Origin: Actinomycetota bacterium
GTDB lineage: Bacteria > Actinomycetota > Thermoleophilia > Solirubrobacterales > JACPNS01
Length of the DNA stretch: 64,000 nucleotides
Assembly (NCBI GenBank): GCA_016213645.1
Contig: JACQZY010000003.1
Span: 4,749-68,748 of the forward strand
Direction: 5' to 3'
Position numbers and translations under genes: made by a program. Numbering within the stretch: position 1 is the first letter of the stretch; every line of letters begins with the position of its first letter. Positions 27,289 through 36,595 of the stretch are shown here, piece by piece. Below the pieces are notes generated by a model, which was given only the letters and a program-made list of their open reading frames with translations, was not told the origin of the DNA and did not search any database.

Positions 27289-28498
27289 GCGTGCTCGACA
27301 ATTTGGTGTGGCGGTGCTGCTTGGCGCGGCACTGCTCGCCCTTTGGGCCTGCGCCGGTGGCGCAAACGAACGTGCCGCCGGTGGCGCGGCACCCACTGGC
27401 GCAAGCTCGGGTACGCCCGACGCTGCCGCGGCAGGTGGCGAGCAGGCCGGTACAGCGGCCACGCGCTACAGCGTGCGCCGCTACGTAAGCGGCACACCGC
27501 AGGCGGTCGGCATGGCCTTCGACGACAAGGGACGCCTGCTTTACGCAGAAAAGGACAACGGCCGGATCATGCGCTTCTCGAACGGCCGCAAGACCGTGCT
27601 CGCGAAGCTGAACGTCTCCGCCGGCGGCGAGGCCGGACTGCTGGGCCTGGCCGGCGATTCCTCGGGCGGCGTGTACGCCTACTACACCGGTCCCTCCGAG
27701 AGTTGCCCAAACCCAACGACCTCAAGCAACTCCAGCGGCGTCGCCGGACACTGTGTGTGGCGCTTCAAGCCGACCGGCAACGGACGTCTGACGGCGGATC
27801 ACCGGGTGTTCTCGGCGGATCACCCCAGTTCGGCGGAGAACCATGTCGGCGGCGGCCTGCACTTCGGCCCCGACGGGGCCCTATACCTCTCGCTCGGCGA
27901 TCTTGGCGAGAATGACGATCCCGACAAAGGCCCCGGTCGGGCACAAAGCCTGAGCGTGCCCTTCGGCAAGATCCTGCGGCTCAACCCGGCCGGCGACAAC
28001 GATCCGGCCTCCGGCAACCCGGATCAGTGCGGCAACGCCGACAACACTTCGAAGCGCAACATCTCGGACAAGCGAATCTGGGCCTGCGGCCTGCGCAACA
28101 CCTACCAGTTCGCATTCGACGGAGACGGGCAGATGTGGGGTTCCGAGGCCGGCGACGGCTGCGACGAGATCAACCGCGTCTCGGCCGGCGTCAACTACGG
28201 CTGGCAACCGCCGCGCACCGACTGCTCGGGCAGCGGCGAGGGCCGGCCCGTGCTGAAGGTCACCGGCACGCCGTCGGGCATCACCGTGCCCACTTCCACC
28301 GCCGCGCGCGGCTGGCGAAACGACGTGTTCTACTGCATCTTCAACGGCAACGTGTTGATGCGCTACGACCGTTCCACCCGTAAAACCAGCCAGGTGCGAA
28401 AAGCCGACGGACACTGCTCCTACGACCTGATCTCGCGTGGCGGCCGCCTGTACATGTCGGCCGGCGACGACATTTACAGGCTCTCGATCAGGCGGTAA
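27281..28498 (+). CDS. PQQ-dependent sugar (glucose/sorbosone) dehydrogenase-family beta-propeller lipoprotein
   Basis: TTG 27281 gives LTERARQFGVAVLLGAALLALWACAGG (lipobox). Family blocks AGLLGLAGD, HVGGGLHFGPDGALYLSLGD, FGKILRLNP, WACGLRNTYQFAFD. The track start at 27236 overlaps the upstream gene by 53 nt. Confidence 0.8.
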   Translation: MTERARQFGVAVLLGAALLALWACAGGANERAAGGAAPTGASSGTPDAAAAGGEQAGTAATRYSVRRYVSGTPQAVGMAFDDKGRLLYAEKDNGRIMRFSNGRKTVLAKLNVSAGGEAGLLGLAGDSSGGVYAYYTGPSESCPNPTTSSNSSGVAGHCVWRFKPTGNGRLTADHRVFSADHPSSAENHVGGGLHFGPDGALYLSLGDLGENDDPDKGPGRAQSLSVPFGKILRLNPAGDNDPASGNPDQCGNADNTSKRNISDKRIWACGLRNTYQFAFDGDGQMWGSEAGDGCDEINRVSAGVNYGWQPPRTDCSGSGEGRPVLKVTGTPSGITVPTSTAARGWRNDVFYCIFNGNVLMRYDRSTRKTSQVRKADGHCSYDLISRGGRLYMSAGDDIYRLSIRR

Positions 28499-28500
28499 CG

Positions 28501-28923
28501 GTGAACTCGCGCGCGGCCCGCCCGTTTGACGCGCGCGGAGTGCGGGCGATCGTGCTGCCGTTCACCCACTTTCGCGATCTGCCGGCGGCGCGGCGCACGG
28601 CGATGGCCGGCTCGATCACAATCGGCATCGGTGCGATCAGCGGTATTCCGGATTTCGGCTGGCTTGAAGCCAGCCAGCTGCTGGTGGCGGTAAGCGCAAT
28701 GCGTGTGATCGCCCGGGCACTTGAAGACGCGCCATTCCCCTCGCCGTTTCACGACGGCACATTGCTGGCCGCGGGCGGGCTTTGGACGATCGCCGTGACC
28801 ATCGCCAACTCGATCGACGGCGCGGACGTCGGCACCTGTTTAATCGTGGCTGCCGGCTGCGTGGCCCTGACGCTGGCGGGACTGCGCGTCAGGGCCCACG
28901 CCGAGCATTATTGGTTTGAGTAG
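28501..28923 (+). CDS. Hypothetical small membrane protein
   Basis: GTG start 2 nt after the upstream stop. 140 aa with about 3 hydrophobic segments and GC-rich third codon positions. Its 3' end overlaps the convergent gene by 16 nt. Confidence 0.4.
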   Translation: MNSRAARPFDARGVRAIVLPFTHFRDLPAARRTAMAGSITIGIGAISGIPDFGWLEASQLLVAVSAMRVIARALEDAPFPSPFHDGTLLAAGGLWTIAVTIANSIDGADVGTCLIVAAGCVALTLAGLRVRAHAEHYWFE

Positions 28924-30044
28924 CTGAGCTCGCGCGTGACTTCAGGCTCGACGGAGTCTCCCACCGATCGCGAACCTTCGGCGTTCAGTCGCCGATAGGC
29001 GACGTCTTCCAACGCGAGCATGCGATAGCCCCGGTAGAGCAGTCCGGTGCGCGACCACAGCAGGACCACGAAGATCACCGCTGCACCGGCGATCGCTCCG
29101 CCGATCCAGCCGAGCCAAAGAATCATCTGGTGGGCGACGACCGCCGCCGGCACCCCGGAGAGCAGCATCGCCACGGTCACCGCGGTCACGATCGCGGTAC
29201 CGGCCGGTTTTCGGTCGGGACGGTACTCGCCGCCGATGCGATATCCGGTGGCCAGCGAACGGATCATGATCACCGCCATGATCGGAATCAAAATCGCACC
29301 CATGCCGTAAAGAGTCAGAGCTACGTCGGAGGTGAGCCATCCGGTGACCTGGTCGAGCGCCGGCTCGGAGGCCCAGGTTTTGAAGTCGGCGCGGTCCTCG
29401 GAGAAGAAGCGGTGCCAGCCGGTCTTGTCCCAACCGTTGACCAGCAGGAAGAACATGCCGAAGTATCCAACCCAAGCCTGCAAGAACCCTAGATACTGGC
29501 GACCGCTGACAATCAGCCGCTCCGTCACCCAAAAGCCGACGATCGCCTGCGTGACGTTGGTGATCGCGAAGAGAACAATCAGCCACGCGGGCATTGAGTG
29601 CGATCCGGCCTGCATCGTCTCCCAGTTGGGAAAGCCCCAAAGCAGATAGATCCCGCTCGGCGCGAAGAGCATCGCCGCGTAAAGAACGTTGGCCACCATG
29701 AAGCGGTTTTGCAGCAGGTCCTTGAAGTCGGCCCATGCGCCGACGGCGGGCGGCGCAGTTGTGGTGCGCTTAGCGGGCGCGCCGTTAGCGGCGACAGGAC
29801 CGTCCTTGGCGAGCGCTCGCTCTGTTGCGCCCGACGCAAAGTCGTCGTCAGCACTCAGCGCCCGACGCTGCCCCTCGGCGCCGTCGTTCCAAGAACCGGT
29901 CTGGCCTGCCTTCGCCAGTTCCGCGGCCGGCTCACCACCACCGTCACGGTCGCGCAGTTCCTGGCGCACGCGCAACTGCCGCGCTGCCGCTATCGCGAAT
30001 CCCGCACCCAACCCGTACGACCAGAAAACGTCTACCTGAACCAT
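28908..30044 (-). CDS. Hypothetical polytopic membrane protein, downstream of TetR
   Basis: ATG 30044 is preceded by AGGGGAG at SD distance (MVQVDVFWSYGLGAGFAIAA..). One TM, a roughly 90-aa low-complexity loop, then about 7 TM segments. The 73 extra residues of the track ORF are Arg-rich noise. Confidence 0.65.
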   Translation of the reverse strand: MVQVDVFWSYGLGAGFAIAAARQLRVRQELRDRDGGGEPAAELAKAGQTGSWNDGAEGQRRALSADDDFASGATERALAKDGPVAANGAPAKRTTTAPPAVGAWADFKDLLQNRFMVANVLYAAMLFAPSGIYLLWGFPNWETMQAGSHSMPAWLIVLFAITNVTQAIVGFWVTERLIVSGRQYLGFLQAWVGYFGMFFLLVNGWDKTGWHRFFSEDRADFKTWASEPALDQVTGWLTSDVALTLYGMGAILIPIMAVIMIRSLATGYRIGGEYRPDRKPAGTAIVTAVTVAMLLSGVPAAVVAHQMILWLGWIGGAIAGAAVIFVVLLWSRTGLLYRGYRMLALEDVAYRRLNAEGSRSVGDSVEPEVTRELSYSNQ

Positions 30045-30240
30045 CCGAACACTCCCCTGTTGAAGACTTCTTTCGCCACGCGCCACGCGCCGACGGCATG
30101 GTCTGCGTGGTTGTTCACGGCCCCTAATGAGGCGAATCACCTCGCGGAATGATACGTCATTCCGCGAGTTGGCGCAGTGAAATTGTTTGTTTGCCCTATT
30201 CGGACGAGGACGACTGGCGATTCTCGGCGGTTCGCCGCGC

Positions 30241-30942
30241 CTACCGCGCGACAATCCCGTCAAACATCAGATGCGTCACTGTCGCGGACCAACTCTCACC
30301 CTCGGCCCGTGGATTGTCGGCCAGATGCACCCGCCGCGCACCCTCGAAGATCATGCCCACGATTGCCGCCGCGGTGCGAAACGTGTCTAGTGAGGGGTCC
30401 AGAAAGTCTTTCTTGATGCCGTTGTGCAGGTACATCTCGGTCACCTGCGCGACCGCGTCAAACGCCCCTTGAACCTGCTCGCGCATTTCGGAGTCCACCT
30501 GGCCGGCGACGAAGAAGACCACGCTGCCAAGTTCCGGCTCGGCGATCATCAGGTCGTACAGGCCACGGCCGATGCGTTCCACCTGAGCGCGGTACTCGGC
30601 GGCGTTGTTGCTGGCCTCGGGCGGCTCATCGGTGACGACCGAGGTCAGCTTCAACAACGAGCGGTTGAGTACGTACTCGGCGATCGCTCGTTTGTTCTCG
30701 AAGTAGCGGTAGATCGTGCCGTGCCCCGCCCCCATCTGCGATGCGATCTGCGCGATGCTGGCGTCGCGGTAGCCATGCAGGGCAAACACCTTGATCGCCG
30801 CGTCGGCGATCTCCTCGCGACGGCTCTCGGTCAGTTCGGCGGCGCTGAGCCTGCGCGCCGGTTTCTTTGCGGTGCTGCCGGTCAAGGCGTCAAGCCTAAT
30901 CGCGGCGCTGGCGCCTGGCGTCGCATGGTGCGCGGTTACCAT
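30241..30942 (-). CDS. TetR/AcrR family transcriptional regulator
   Basis: HTH region IADAAIKVFALHGYRDASIAQIASQMGAGHGTIYRYFENKRAI. Start is ambiguous among TTG 30960, ATG 30942 and TTG 30885. The last would leave a 64-bp divergent promoter gap to the MoxR gene. Confidence 0.85.
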   Translation of the reverse strand: MVTAHHATPGASAAIRLDALTGSTAKKPARRLSAAELTESRREEIADAAIKVFALHGYRDASIAQIASQMGAGHGTIYRYFENKRAIAEYVLNRSLLKLTSVVTDEPPEASNNAAEYRAQVERIGRGLYDLMIAEPELGSVVFFVAGQVDSEMREQVQGAFDAVAQVTEMYLHNGIKKDFLDPSLDTFRTAAAIVGMIFEGARRVHLADNPRAEGESWSATVTHLMFDGIVAR

Positions 30943-30949
30943 CCAGAGG

Positions 30950-31933
30950 ATGGCTGCCAAGCAAGCCGACGCCGGTCCGAACCCCGCCCGCGAAACCGAC
31001 TCGCCCGAGGCGAACTCGCCGGCGGAATTGAGCGCGGGCCTTGAAGCCGCCGGTTACCTGCCGAGCGACACCGTGTCGCTCGTGTCTTACCTGGCCGTAC
31101 GCATGGGCAAGCCGGTACTGGTGGAAGGACCGGCCGGCGTGGGCAAGACCGAACTCGCGAAGGCGCTGGCGCGTTTCACCGGCCGCGAACTGATCCGCCT
31201 GCAGTGCTACGAAGGCCTCGACGAAGCAAAATCGCTCTACGAGTGGAACTACAAAAAGCAACTCCTGCGCATTCAAACCGGGGCCGCCGACGAAACCGTC
31301 ACGGATCGCGCCGTCCCCGACGGCGATGTCCGCGACTCATGGGGCGCTGTCTCAGACAACATCTTCAGCGAGGAGTTCCTGCTGGAGCGGCCGTTGCTGC
31401 GCGCAATCGCCTCGCCGCGGCCGGTCGTGCTGCTGATCGACGAGATCGACAAAACCGATCACGAGTTTGAGGCGCTGCTGCTGGAGATTCTCTCCGACTT
31501 TCAGGTTTCGATTCCGGAGTTGGGCGTGATCGAGGCCAAAACTCATCCGATCGTGCTGCTCACCAGCAACGACTCGCGTGAGCTCACGGAAGCGCTGAAG
31601 CGGCGCTGCCTGTACCTGTGGCTGGATTACCCGGACCCGGAACGAGAGCTTGAGATCGTGCGGCTACACGTGCCCGAACTGGACGCCGGCGTGGCGCGCC
31701 GCCTGGTGGAAGTGGTGCGCATGGTGCGCGATCTAGACGTGAAGAAGCCGCCGAGCATCGCCGAATCGATCGACTGGGCGCGGACCCTGCTGCTGCTGGG
31801 CGCCAAGCAGATCGACCGCGAGACTTTCACGCAGACGCTGAGCATCATCATCAAGCACCGCTCCGACATGGACCTTGTGGCCGAACGCGTGGGGCTCAAG
31901 CTGGATGCCCAAGCTGCGTCAGGGATCGGCTGA
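30950..31933 (+). CDS. MoxR-class AAA+ ATPase (CoxD-like)
   Basis: ATG 30950 (MAAKQADAGPN..). Walker A EGPAGVGKTELAKA, Walker B VVLLIDEIDKTDHE, and LQCYEGLDEAKSLYEWNYKKQLL. The earlier part of the track ORF is antisense to the TetR gene. Confidence 0.88.
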   Translation: MAAKQADAGPNPARETDSPEANSPAELSAGLEAAGYLPSDTVSLVSYLAVRMGKPVLVEGPAGVGKTELAKALARFTGRELIRLQCYEGLDEAKSLYEWNYKKQLLRIQTGAADETVTDRAVPDGDVRDSWGAVSDNIFSEEFLLERPLLRAIASPRPVVLLIDEIDKTDHEFEALLLEILSDFQVSIPELGVIEAKTHPIVLLTSNDSRELTEALKRRCLYLWLDYPDPERELEIVRLHVPELDAGVARRLVEVVRMVRDLDVKKPPSIAESIDWARTLLLLGAKQIDRETFTQTLSIIIKHRSDMDLVAERVGLKLDAQAASGIG

Positions 31934-31935
31934 GC

Positions 31936-33393
31936 GTGAACCGTCCGTCGATCACGGCGGATTCATATCGGACGCCGGCCACGCACGGCCGCGTCGCCCC
32001 CACGCTCGTGGACTTTTGCGGCGAGCTGCGCGAAGAAGGCATGAACGTGGGCACCAGTGAATTGCTTGACGCTTTTGACGCGCTTGAGCAGGTTGACTGG
32101 ACGCGCCGGGAAGACTTTCGTGAGGCGCTGGCGGCGACGATCGCGAAATCGCAGGAAGACCGGCAGCTCTTTGAGCTCGTCTTTGAGCGGTTCTTCTTTC
32201 GCGCCGTCGAGGCGGAGTCGCTGGCACAACACGACCAGTCGCTCACCACGGAGTCCGGCGACGAGGACGGCGACAGCGTGCGCGGTGAAGGCGGCAAACC
32301 CGGCGACGAAGCCGGAGCAGACGCCGAAGCCCAGCAGATCGACACCGACGCCCTGCGCCAGGCGGTGCTCGACGCGATCGAGCGCGGTGATGAGAGCGCG
32401 CTGCGCGACCTCGCCCGTCTCGCGATCATGACGCTCGGCGGCGCACCCAGCAGCGGCGTGCTTGGAGTAGACGTGCAGCGGGTGCGGCGTGCCTTGCAGC
32501 TGCGCTCGCAGGACCTGCCGCCAGGCGAGGAGGGCGAGGCTCAGCGCCGGCAGTTGCGGCGCTTCGAACAACACGTGCGCCGCGAGCTGGAGGCCGCTCT
32601 GATTGCCCAGACCGGCAAGTTGCCATCTACGCGTCCGCTCAACGAACTCAACCGCGCGCTGCCCTCCGGCGGTGCCCAGGACCTTGCTGCGGTGCACCGC
32701 AGCGTGAAGATGCTCAAGCGCGCGATGGCCACGCAGGGCCTGGAACGGCGCGGTCACCGACGCACGGGAGTGGTTGACGTGCGCCACACGATGCGCGCCT
32801 CGCTGGAGACCGGCGGCGTGCCGATTAACCTGCGCTACCGCCCCCGACGACCGCGACGCCCCGACCTTTACGTGCTCTGCGACGTGAGCACCAGCGTGAC
32901 CAGCGCCAGCGTGTTCTTCCTCTCGATCCTGCACGCGCTGCACGACTCGTTCAAACAGCTGCGTTCGTTCGTGTTCATCGAGCGCGTTGCGGAGGTCAGC
33001 GACGTGTTCGCAAAGGAGCGCGCGTTCCGCGATGTTTCAGAGGCGATTTCCAAAACGGCCGGCGTGGCCGACATCTCCGGCTATACCGACTACGGCCGCG
33101 TCTGGGTGGACTTTCGAGAACAGGTCGGCGACGATCTCGATCCGCGTTCAACTTTGATCGTGCTTGGCGACGCGCGCACCAACGGCCGTGACCCGCGCGC
33201 CGACCTCTTTGGCGCCGTCGCGCAGAAGGCCGGTCGCACCTTTTGGCTCAATCCGGAGCCGCGGCTGTACTGGAATTACGGCGATTCCGTGATCGGCGTC
33301 TACGAAGAGCGCTGCGACGGCGTCTACGAGTGCTGGACCAGCAAGCAGCTGGAGACGTTCGTGCGCGATTTGACCGCGGTCAATCGGCGCTGA
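31936..33393 (+). CDS. VWA domain protein, CoxE-like
   Basis: 485 aa, starting 2 nt after the MoxR stop. Acidic linker, then a VWA core with a MIDAS-like motif LYVLCDVSTSV, and LIVLGDARTNGRDP, FWLNPEPRLYWNYGDS. Confidence 0.85.
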   Translation: MNRPSITADSYRTPATHGRVAPTLVDFCGELREEGMNVGTSELLDAFDALEQVDWTRREDFREALAATIAKSQEDRQLFELVFERFFFRAVEAESLAQHDQSLTTESGDEDGDSVRGEGGKPGDEAGADAEAQQIDTDALRQAVLDAIERGDESALRDLARLAIMTLGGAPSSGVLGVDVQRVRRALQLRSQDLPPGEEGEAQRRQLRRFEQHVRRELEAALIAQTGKLPSTRPLNELNRALPSGGAQDLAAVHRSVKMLKRAMATQGLERRGHRRTGVVDVRHTMRASLETGGVPINLRYRPRRPRRPDLYVLCDVSTSVTSASVFFLSILHALHDSFKQLRSFVFIERVAEVSDVFAKERAFRDVSEAISKTAGVADISGYTDYGRVWVDFREQVGDDLDPRSTLIVLGDARTNGRDPRADLFGAVAQKAGRTFWLNPEPRLYWNYGDSVIGVYEERCDGVYECWTSKQLETFVRDLTAVNRR

Positions 33394-33442
33394 GCGGGAT
33401 CGCCACCACCTGCCGGACGGCTGGCTAGACTGCATTTCAGAT

Positions 33443-33546
33443 TGACCACCAGGGGAGCTCGCGGGTAAGCGGGCTGAGATCGTGGACTGAGCATTCCCTT
33501 CCGCGGACCCTTTGAACCTGTCGGGATAATGCCCGCGAAGGAAGAC
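33443..33546 (+). promoter_or_regulatory. TPP (THI-box) riboswitch
   Basis: CCAGGGGAGCUCGCGGGUAAGCGGGCUGAGAUCGUGG...GGACCCUUUGAACCUGUCGGGAUAAUGCCCGCGAAGGAAG carries the invariant CUGAGA and ACCCUUUGAACCUG-N-GGAUAAUGCC-GCG-AGGGAA-type blocks. Its 3' end contains the SD (GAAGGAAG) 2-3 nt before ATG 33547. Confidence 0.9.
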
Positions 33547-34443
33547 ATGCAGTACGACGAGCAGTCTCAAACTGAGACGCCGGTATCGCCGTTCGGAGAC
33601 GGGAATTCGCCCTCGGCCGAACTGAATCCGTCACCCACGGCAGCCGACGCCACCACGTCGGTGAGCGTTTCGCGCGATGGCGAGCGTGGCGCCGGCGCCG
33701 TCGCGGACACCGGCACTCCGGCCGTGCGGCTCCAAGACGTGAGCGTCAGCTTCCGCACCCGCTCCGGCGAGGTGACCGCACTCGACGGCTTCAACCTCAC
33801 GATCGGCGACGGCGAGCGCGTGGCGATTGTGGGCCCGTCCGGTTGCGGCAAGTCGACACTGCTTTCGCTGGTGGCCGGACTGCTGCCGCCCGACGGAGGC
33901 ATCGTTGACGTGCGCCGCGAGGTTGCACTGATGCCGCAGCGCGACCTCTTGGTGCCGTGGCGCAGCGCGCTGCGCAACGCCGCGCTTGCCCTGGAGGCCC
34001 AGGGCAAGCCACGCGCCCAAGCCGCCGAGCGCGCGCGGCCGTTGTTTGAACGATTCGGTCTGGCGGGATTTGAGCACGCGCGCACATGGGAACTTTCCGG
34101 CGGCATGCGCCAGCGTGTGGCATTTCTGCGCACGATCTTGACCGGCCGCCCGCTGCTGGCGCTCGATGAGCCATTCGGCGCGCTCGACGCGATCACGCGC
34201 GGCGAGATGCATGAATGGCTAGAACAGGCGCTCGCGGCAGAGCCGCGCACGATGCTGCTGGTGACCCATGACGTTGAAGAGGCGCTGACACTGGCCGGGC
34301 GCGTCGTGCTGATGACGCGGCGGCCGGGCAAGGTGGCCGGAGAAATCGCTGTAGACCGGCCGACAGGACTTTCACGTGCGCAATGGACCACCTCGCGTGA
34401 GTTTTCGATCCTCAAGTCCCAGGCCCTGGCGGCGCTGCGATGA
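33547..34443 (+). CDS. thiZ: ABC transporter ATP-binding protein, NitT/TauT family (ThiZ-type, thiamine-precursor uptake)
   Basis: GPSGCGKST, LSGGMRQR, LALDEPFGALD. Start moved to ATG 33547 because the track start at 33529 lies inside the riboswitch. The role is inferred from the TPP riboswitch plus the NMT1/THI5-like binding protein. Confidence 0.85.
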   Translation: MQYDEQSQTETPVSPFGDGNSPSAELNPSPTAADATTSVSVSRDGERGAGAVADTGTPAVRLQDVSVSFRTRSGEVTALDGFNLTIGDGERVAIVGPSGCGKSTLLSLVAGLLPPDGGIVDVRREVALMPQRDLLVPWRSALRNAALALEAQGKPRAQAAERARPLFERFGLAGFEHARTWELSGGMRQRVAFLRTILTGRPLLALDEPFGALDAITRGEMHEWLEQALAAEPRTMLLVTHDVEEALTLAGRVVLMTRRPGKVAGEIAVDRPTGLSRAQWTTSREFSILKSQALAALR

Positions 34444-35240
34444 TCGCGCCGCGTGAGAGCCTTTCACGCCCGCCGGCCGGGCGACGCATGCGCAAATGGC
34501 TGGCCCCGGCGGCCGCCACCCTGCTGCTGCTGGCCGCATGGGAGGCGTTCGTGCGCGCCGGACTGGTGGACTCACTACTTGTGGCCGGGCCGGGCGACGT
34601 GGCGCAGACGCTCATTGACGAGTTCTCGATGCTCGCTCGGCACACGCTCGCCACCGGCCGGGAGGCGCTGCTTGGCCTTTTGCTGGCCTTTGTATTAGGC
34701 ATCGGCGCGGGACTGACGCTGCACGTTTCCCCGTTGTTGCGCGACGCCACGCTGCCGCTGTTGGTCGGCACGCAGGCCGTACCGCTGGTGGTGCTCGCGC
34801 CGCTGCTTGTGATCGCGTTCGGTTACGGCATCACGGCCAAGCTCGTGATCGTGGCGATTGCGTGCTTCTTTCCGATCGCCGTCGGCACCTTTGACGGCCT
34901 GCGCTCGTGCGACCCTGAGCTGCTGCGCCTGATGCGCTCGCTGGGCGCGGGGCGTATGCGCACGCTTCGGCTGGTCGAGCTTCCCGGCGCGTTGCCGCGC
35001 GTACTCGGCGGCGTGCGCATCGCGGCCACGTGGGCATTCATCAGCGCGGTGTTCGCGGAGTACGCCGGTTCTACAGAGGGCCTTGGCTATCTGATCGCGC
35101 GTGGCACGCCGCTGCTTGAGACGCCGCGCGTTTACGCGGCGATCTTGATTTTGACGGCCGCCTCGCTGGCGCTGTGGAGTGCCGTGGCCGTGGTCGAGCG
35201 ACGCCTGATCCCCTGGGAGCGGCGCGATTCGGCGCACTGA
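34440..35240 (+). CDS. thiX: ABC transporter permease (ThiX-type)
   Basis: 266 aa with about 6 TM segments. ATGA overlap with thiZ. BPD-transporter EAA-like region RSLGAGRMRTLRLVELPGALP. Confidence 0.85.
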   Translation: MIAPRESLSRPPAGRRMRKWLAPAAATLLLLAAWEAFVRAGLVDSLLVAGPGDVAQTLIDEFSMLARHTLATGREALLGLLLAFVLGIGAGLTLHVSPLLRDATLPLLVGTQAVPLVVLAPLLVIAFGYGITAKLVIVAIACFFPIAVGTFDGLRSCDPELLRLMRSLGAGRMRTLRLVELPGALPRVLGGVRIAATWAFISAVFAEYAGSTEGLGYLIARGTPLLETPRVYAAILILTAASLALWSAVAVVERRLIPWERRDSAH

Positions 35241-35271
35241 ACAGTTCAACGATTTTTTCTAGAACCACAAA

Positions 35272-36381
35272 ATGCACAATCACAAGGAGCATCAATTGAT
35301 CACCCCCGCTCGGCCCTTCTCCGATCGACCCCATTCTCTTCGCGGACACGCGCTCGCGTCGCGTGCCGCGGCGCTCTGTCTGGCGCTGGTTTTAGCCCTC
35401 GCGGTCTTTGGCTGCGGCGAGAAGAACGAGTCGACAGCCGGCAAGAAGCTGAAGAAGAACCGCATCACGCTGCTACTTGACTGGTCGCCAAATGCCGATC
35501 ACGCCGGCATCTACACCGGTTTGGCCAAGGGCACCTTCGACCGTCAGGGCATCGCGCTTGAACCGCAGGTGCCGTCTGATCCGTCGGCGGTGATCAAGCA
35601 GGTCGCGGCCGGACGCGCCGATCTGGGCGTCTCTTACCAGAACGAAGTCATGGAGGCTCGCGACGAGGGCGTCAAGGTCAAGGCGATTGCGACGATCGTC
35701 AATCGCCCGCTGAACTCGCTGATCTGGCTGAACAAATCCGGAATCAAATCGATCAAGGACCTGAAGGGCAAAAAGGTCGGCACCTCCGGCGCCTACCCGT
35801 CAACGTTTCTGCATGTGATCCTGGACAAGGCCGGGCTCAAGCCCGGCGACGTCGATGAAGTCGACGTGGGCTGGGATCTGCTGCCACACCTACTCGCGGG
35901 TAAGGTAGACGCGATCATCGGCGCGTACTACAACGTCGAGGGTGTGCAGCTGAAGATCAAGGACCGGCCGGCCACGATTACGCCGGTTGACAAAGCCGGC
36001 GCTCCCACGTACGACGAACTCGTCGTGATCGCATCCGAGGAATTCCTCAAAGACGGTGGCCGGGCGGAGTCGTTCCGCCGTTTCCTCGCGGGTCTGCGCG
36101 ACGGCACGCAGGCCGCGATCGCCGATCCGAAACTCGCGGGAGATTCGCTCGCCGCTAAGGTCGACGACCTTGCAAAGGACCGAGACACGCTCGACGCATC
36201 TCTGAAGATGACTTTGCCCGTACTGAAGTCCGCGGAGGGCAAGCCCTACGGCTGGATGGACCCGTTGACCTGGACCAACTTCGCCAATTTCATGCGCGAC
36301 CAGGAACTCCTGAAGCACGCACCGAGCCCGGTGGACGCCTACAGCAACGACTACCTGCCCGGCAACGGTCCGGCGAAGTAA
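35272..36381 (+). CDS. thiY: Substrate-binding lipoprotein, NMT1/THI5-like (ThiY-type)
   Basis: Lipobox LALAVFGCGEK. DWSPNADHAGIYTGLAKGTF is typical of NMT1/THI5-like binding proteins. A likelier start is TTG 35296, which is preceded by AAGGAG plus 6 nt. Confidence 0.82.
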   Translation: MHNHKEHQLITPARPFSDRPHSLRGHALASRAAALCLALVLALAVFGCGEKNESTAGKKLKKNRITLLLDWSPNADHAGIYTGLAKGTFDRQGIALEPQVPSDPSAVIKQVAAGRADLGVSYQNEVMEARDEGVKVKAIATIVNRPLNSLIWLNKSGIKSIKDLKGKKVGTSGAYPSTFLHVILDKAGLKPGDVDEVDVGWDLLPHLLAGKVDAIIGAYYNVEGVQLKIKDRPATITPVDKAGAPTYDELVVIASEEFLKDGGRAESFRRFLAGLRDGTQAAIADPKLAGDSLAAKVDDLAKDRDTLDASLKMTLPVLKSAEGKPYGWMDPLTWTNFANFMRDQELLKHAPSPVDAYSNDYLPGNGPAK

Positions 36382-36595
36382 GCAGGCCGCGCGAAAGATC
36401 GGGTGAATTGCCAAATCCGGACTCGCGGAATTTAAAGGAGCAAGTTCAAACTATGAGACTCTGAGCGGTGCGAGGTTCGTCACGCGCAGGGCGCCGGTGG
36501 TGAGGGAGCGATCTTCCGATCGTGACCGATCCACCAAGCCCGAGCATGGCGAAGATCGTGCCGATCAGAGACTCATGGCGACCGCGGGTTCGGAT

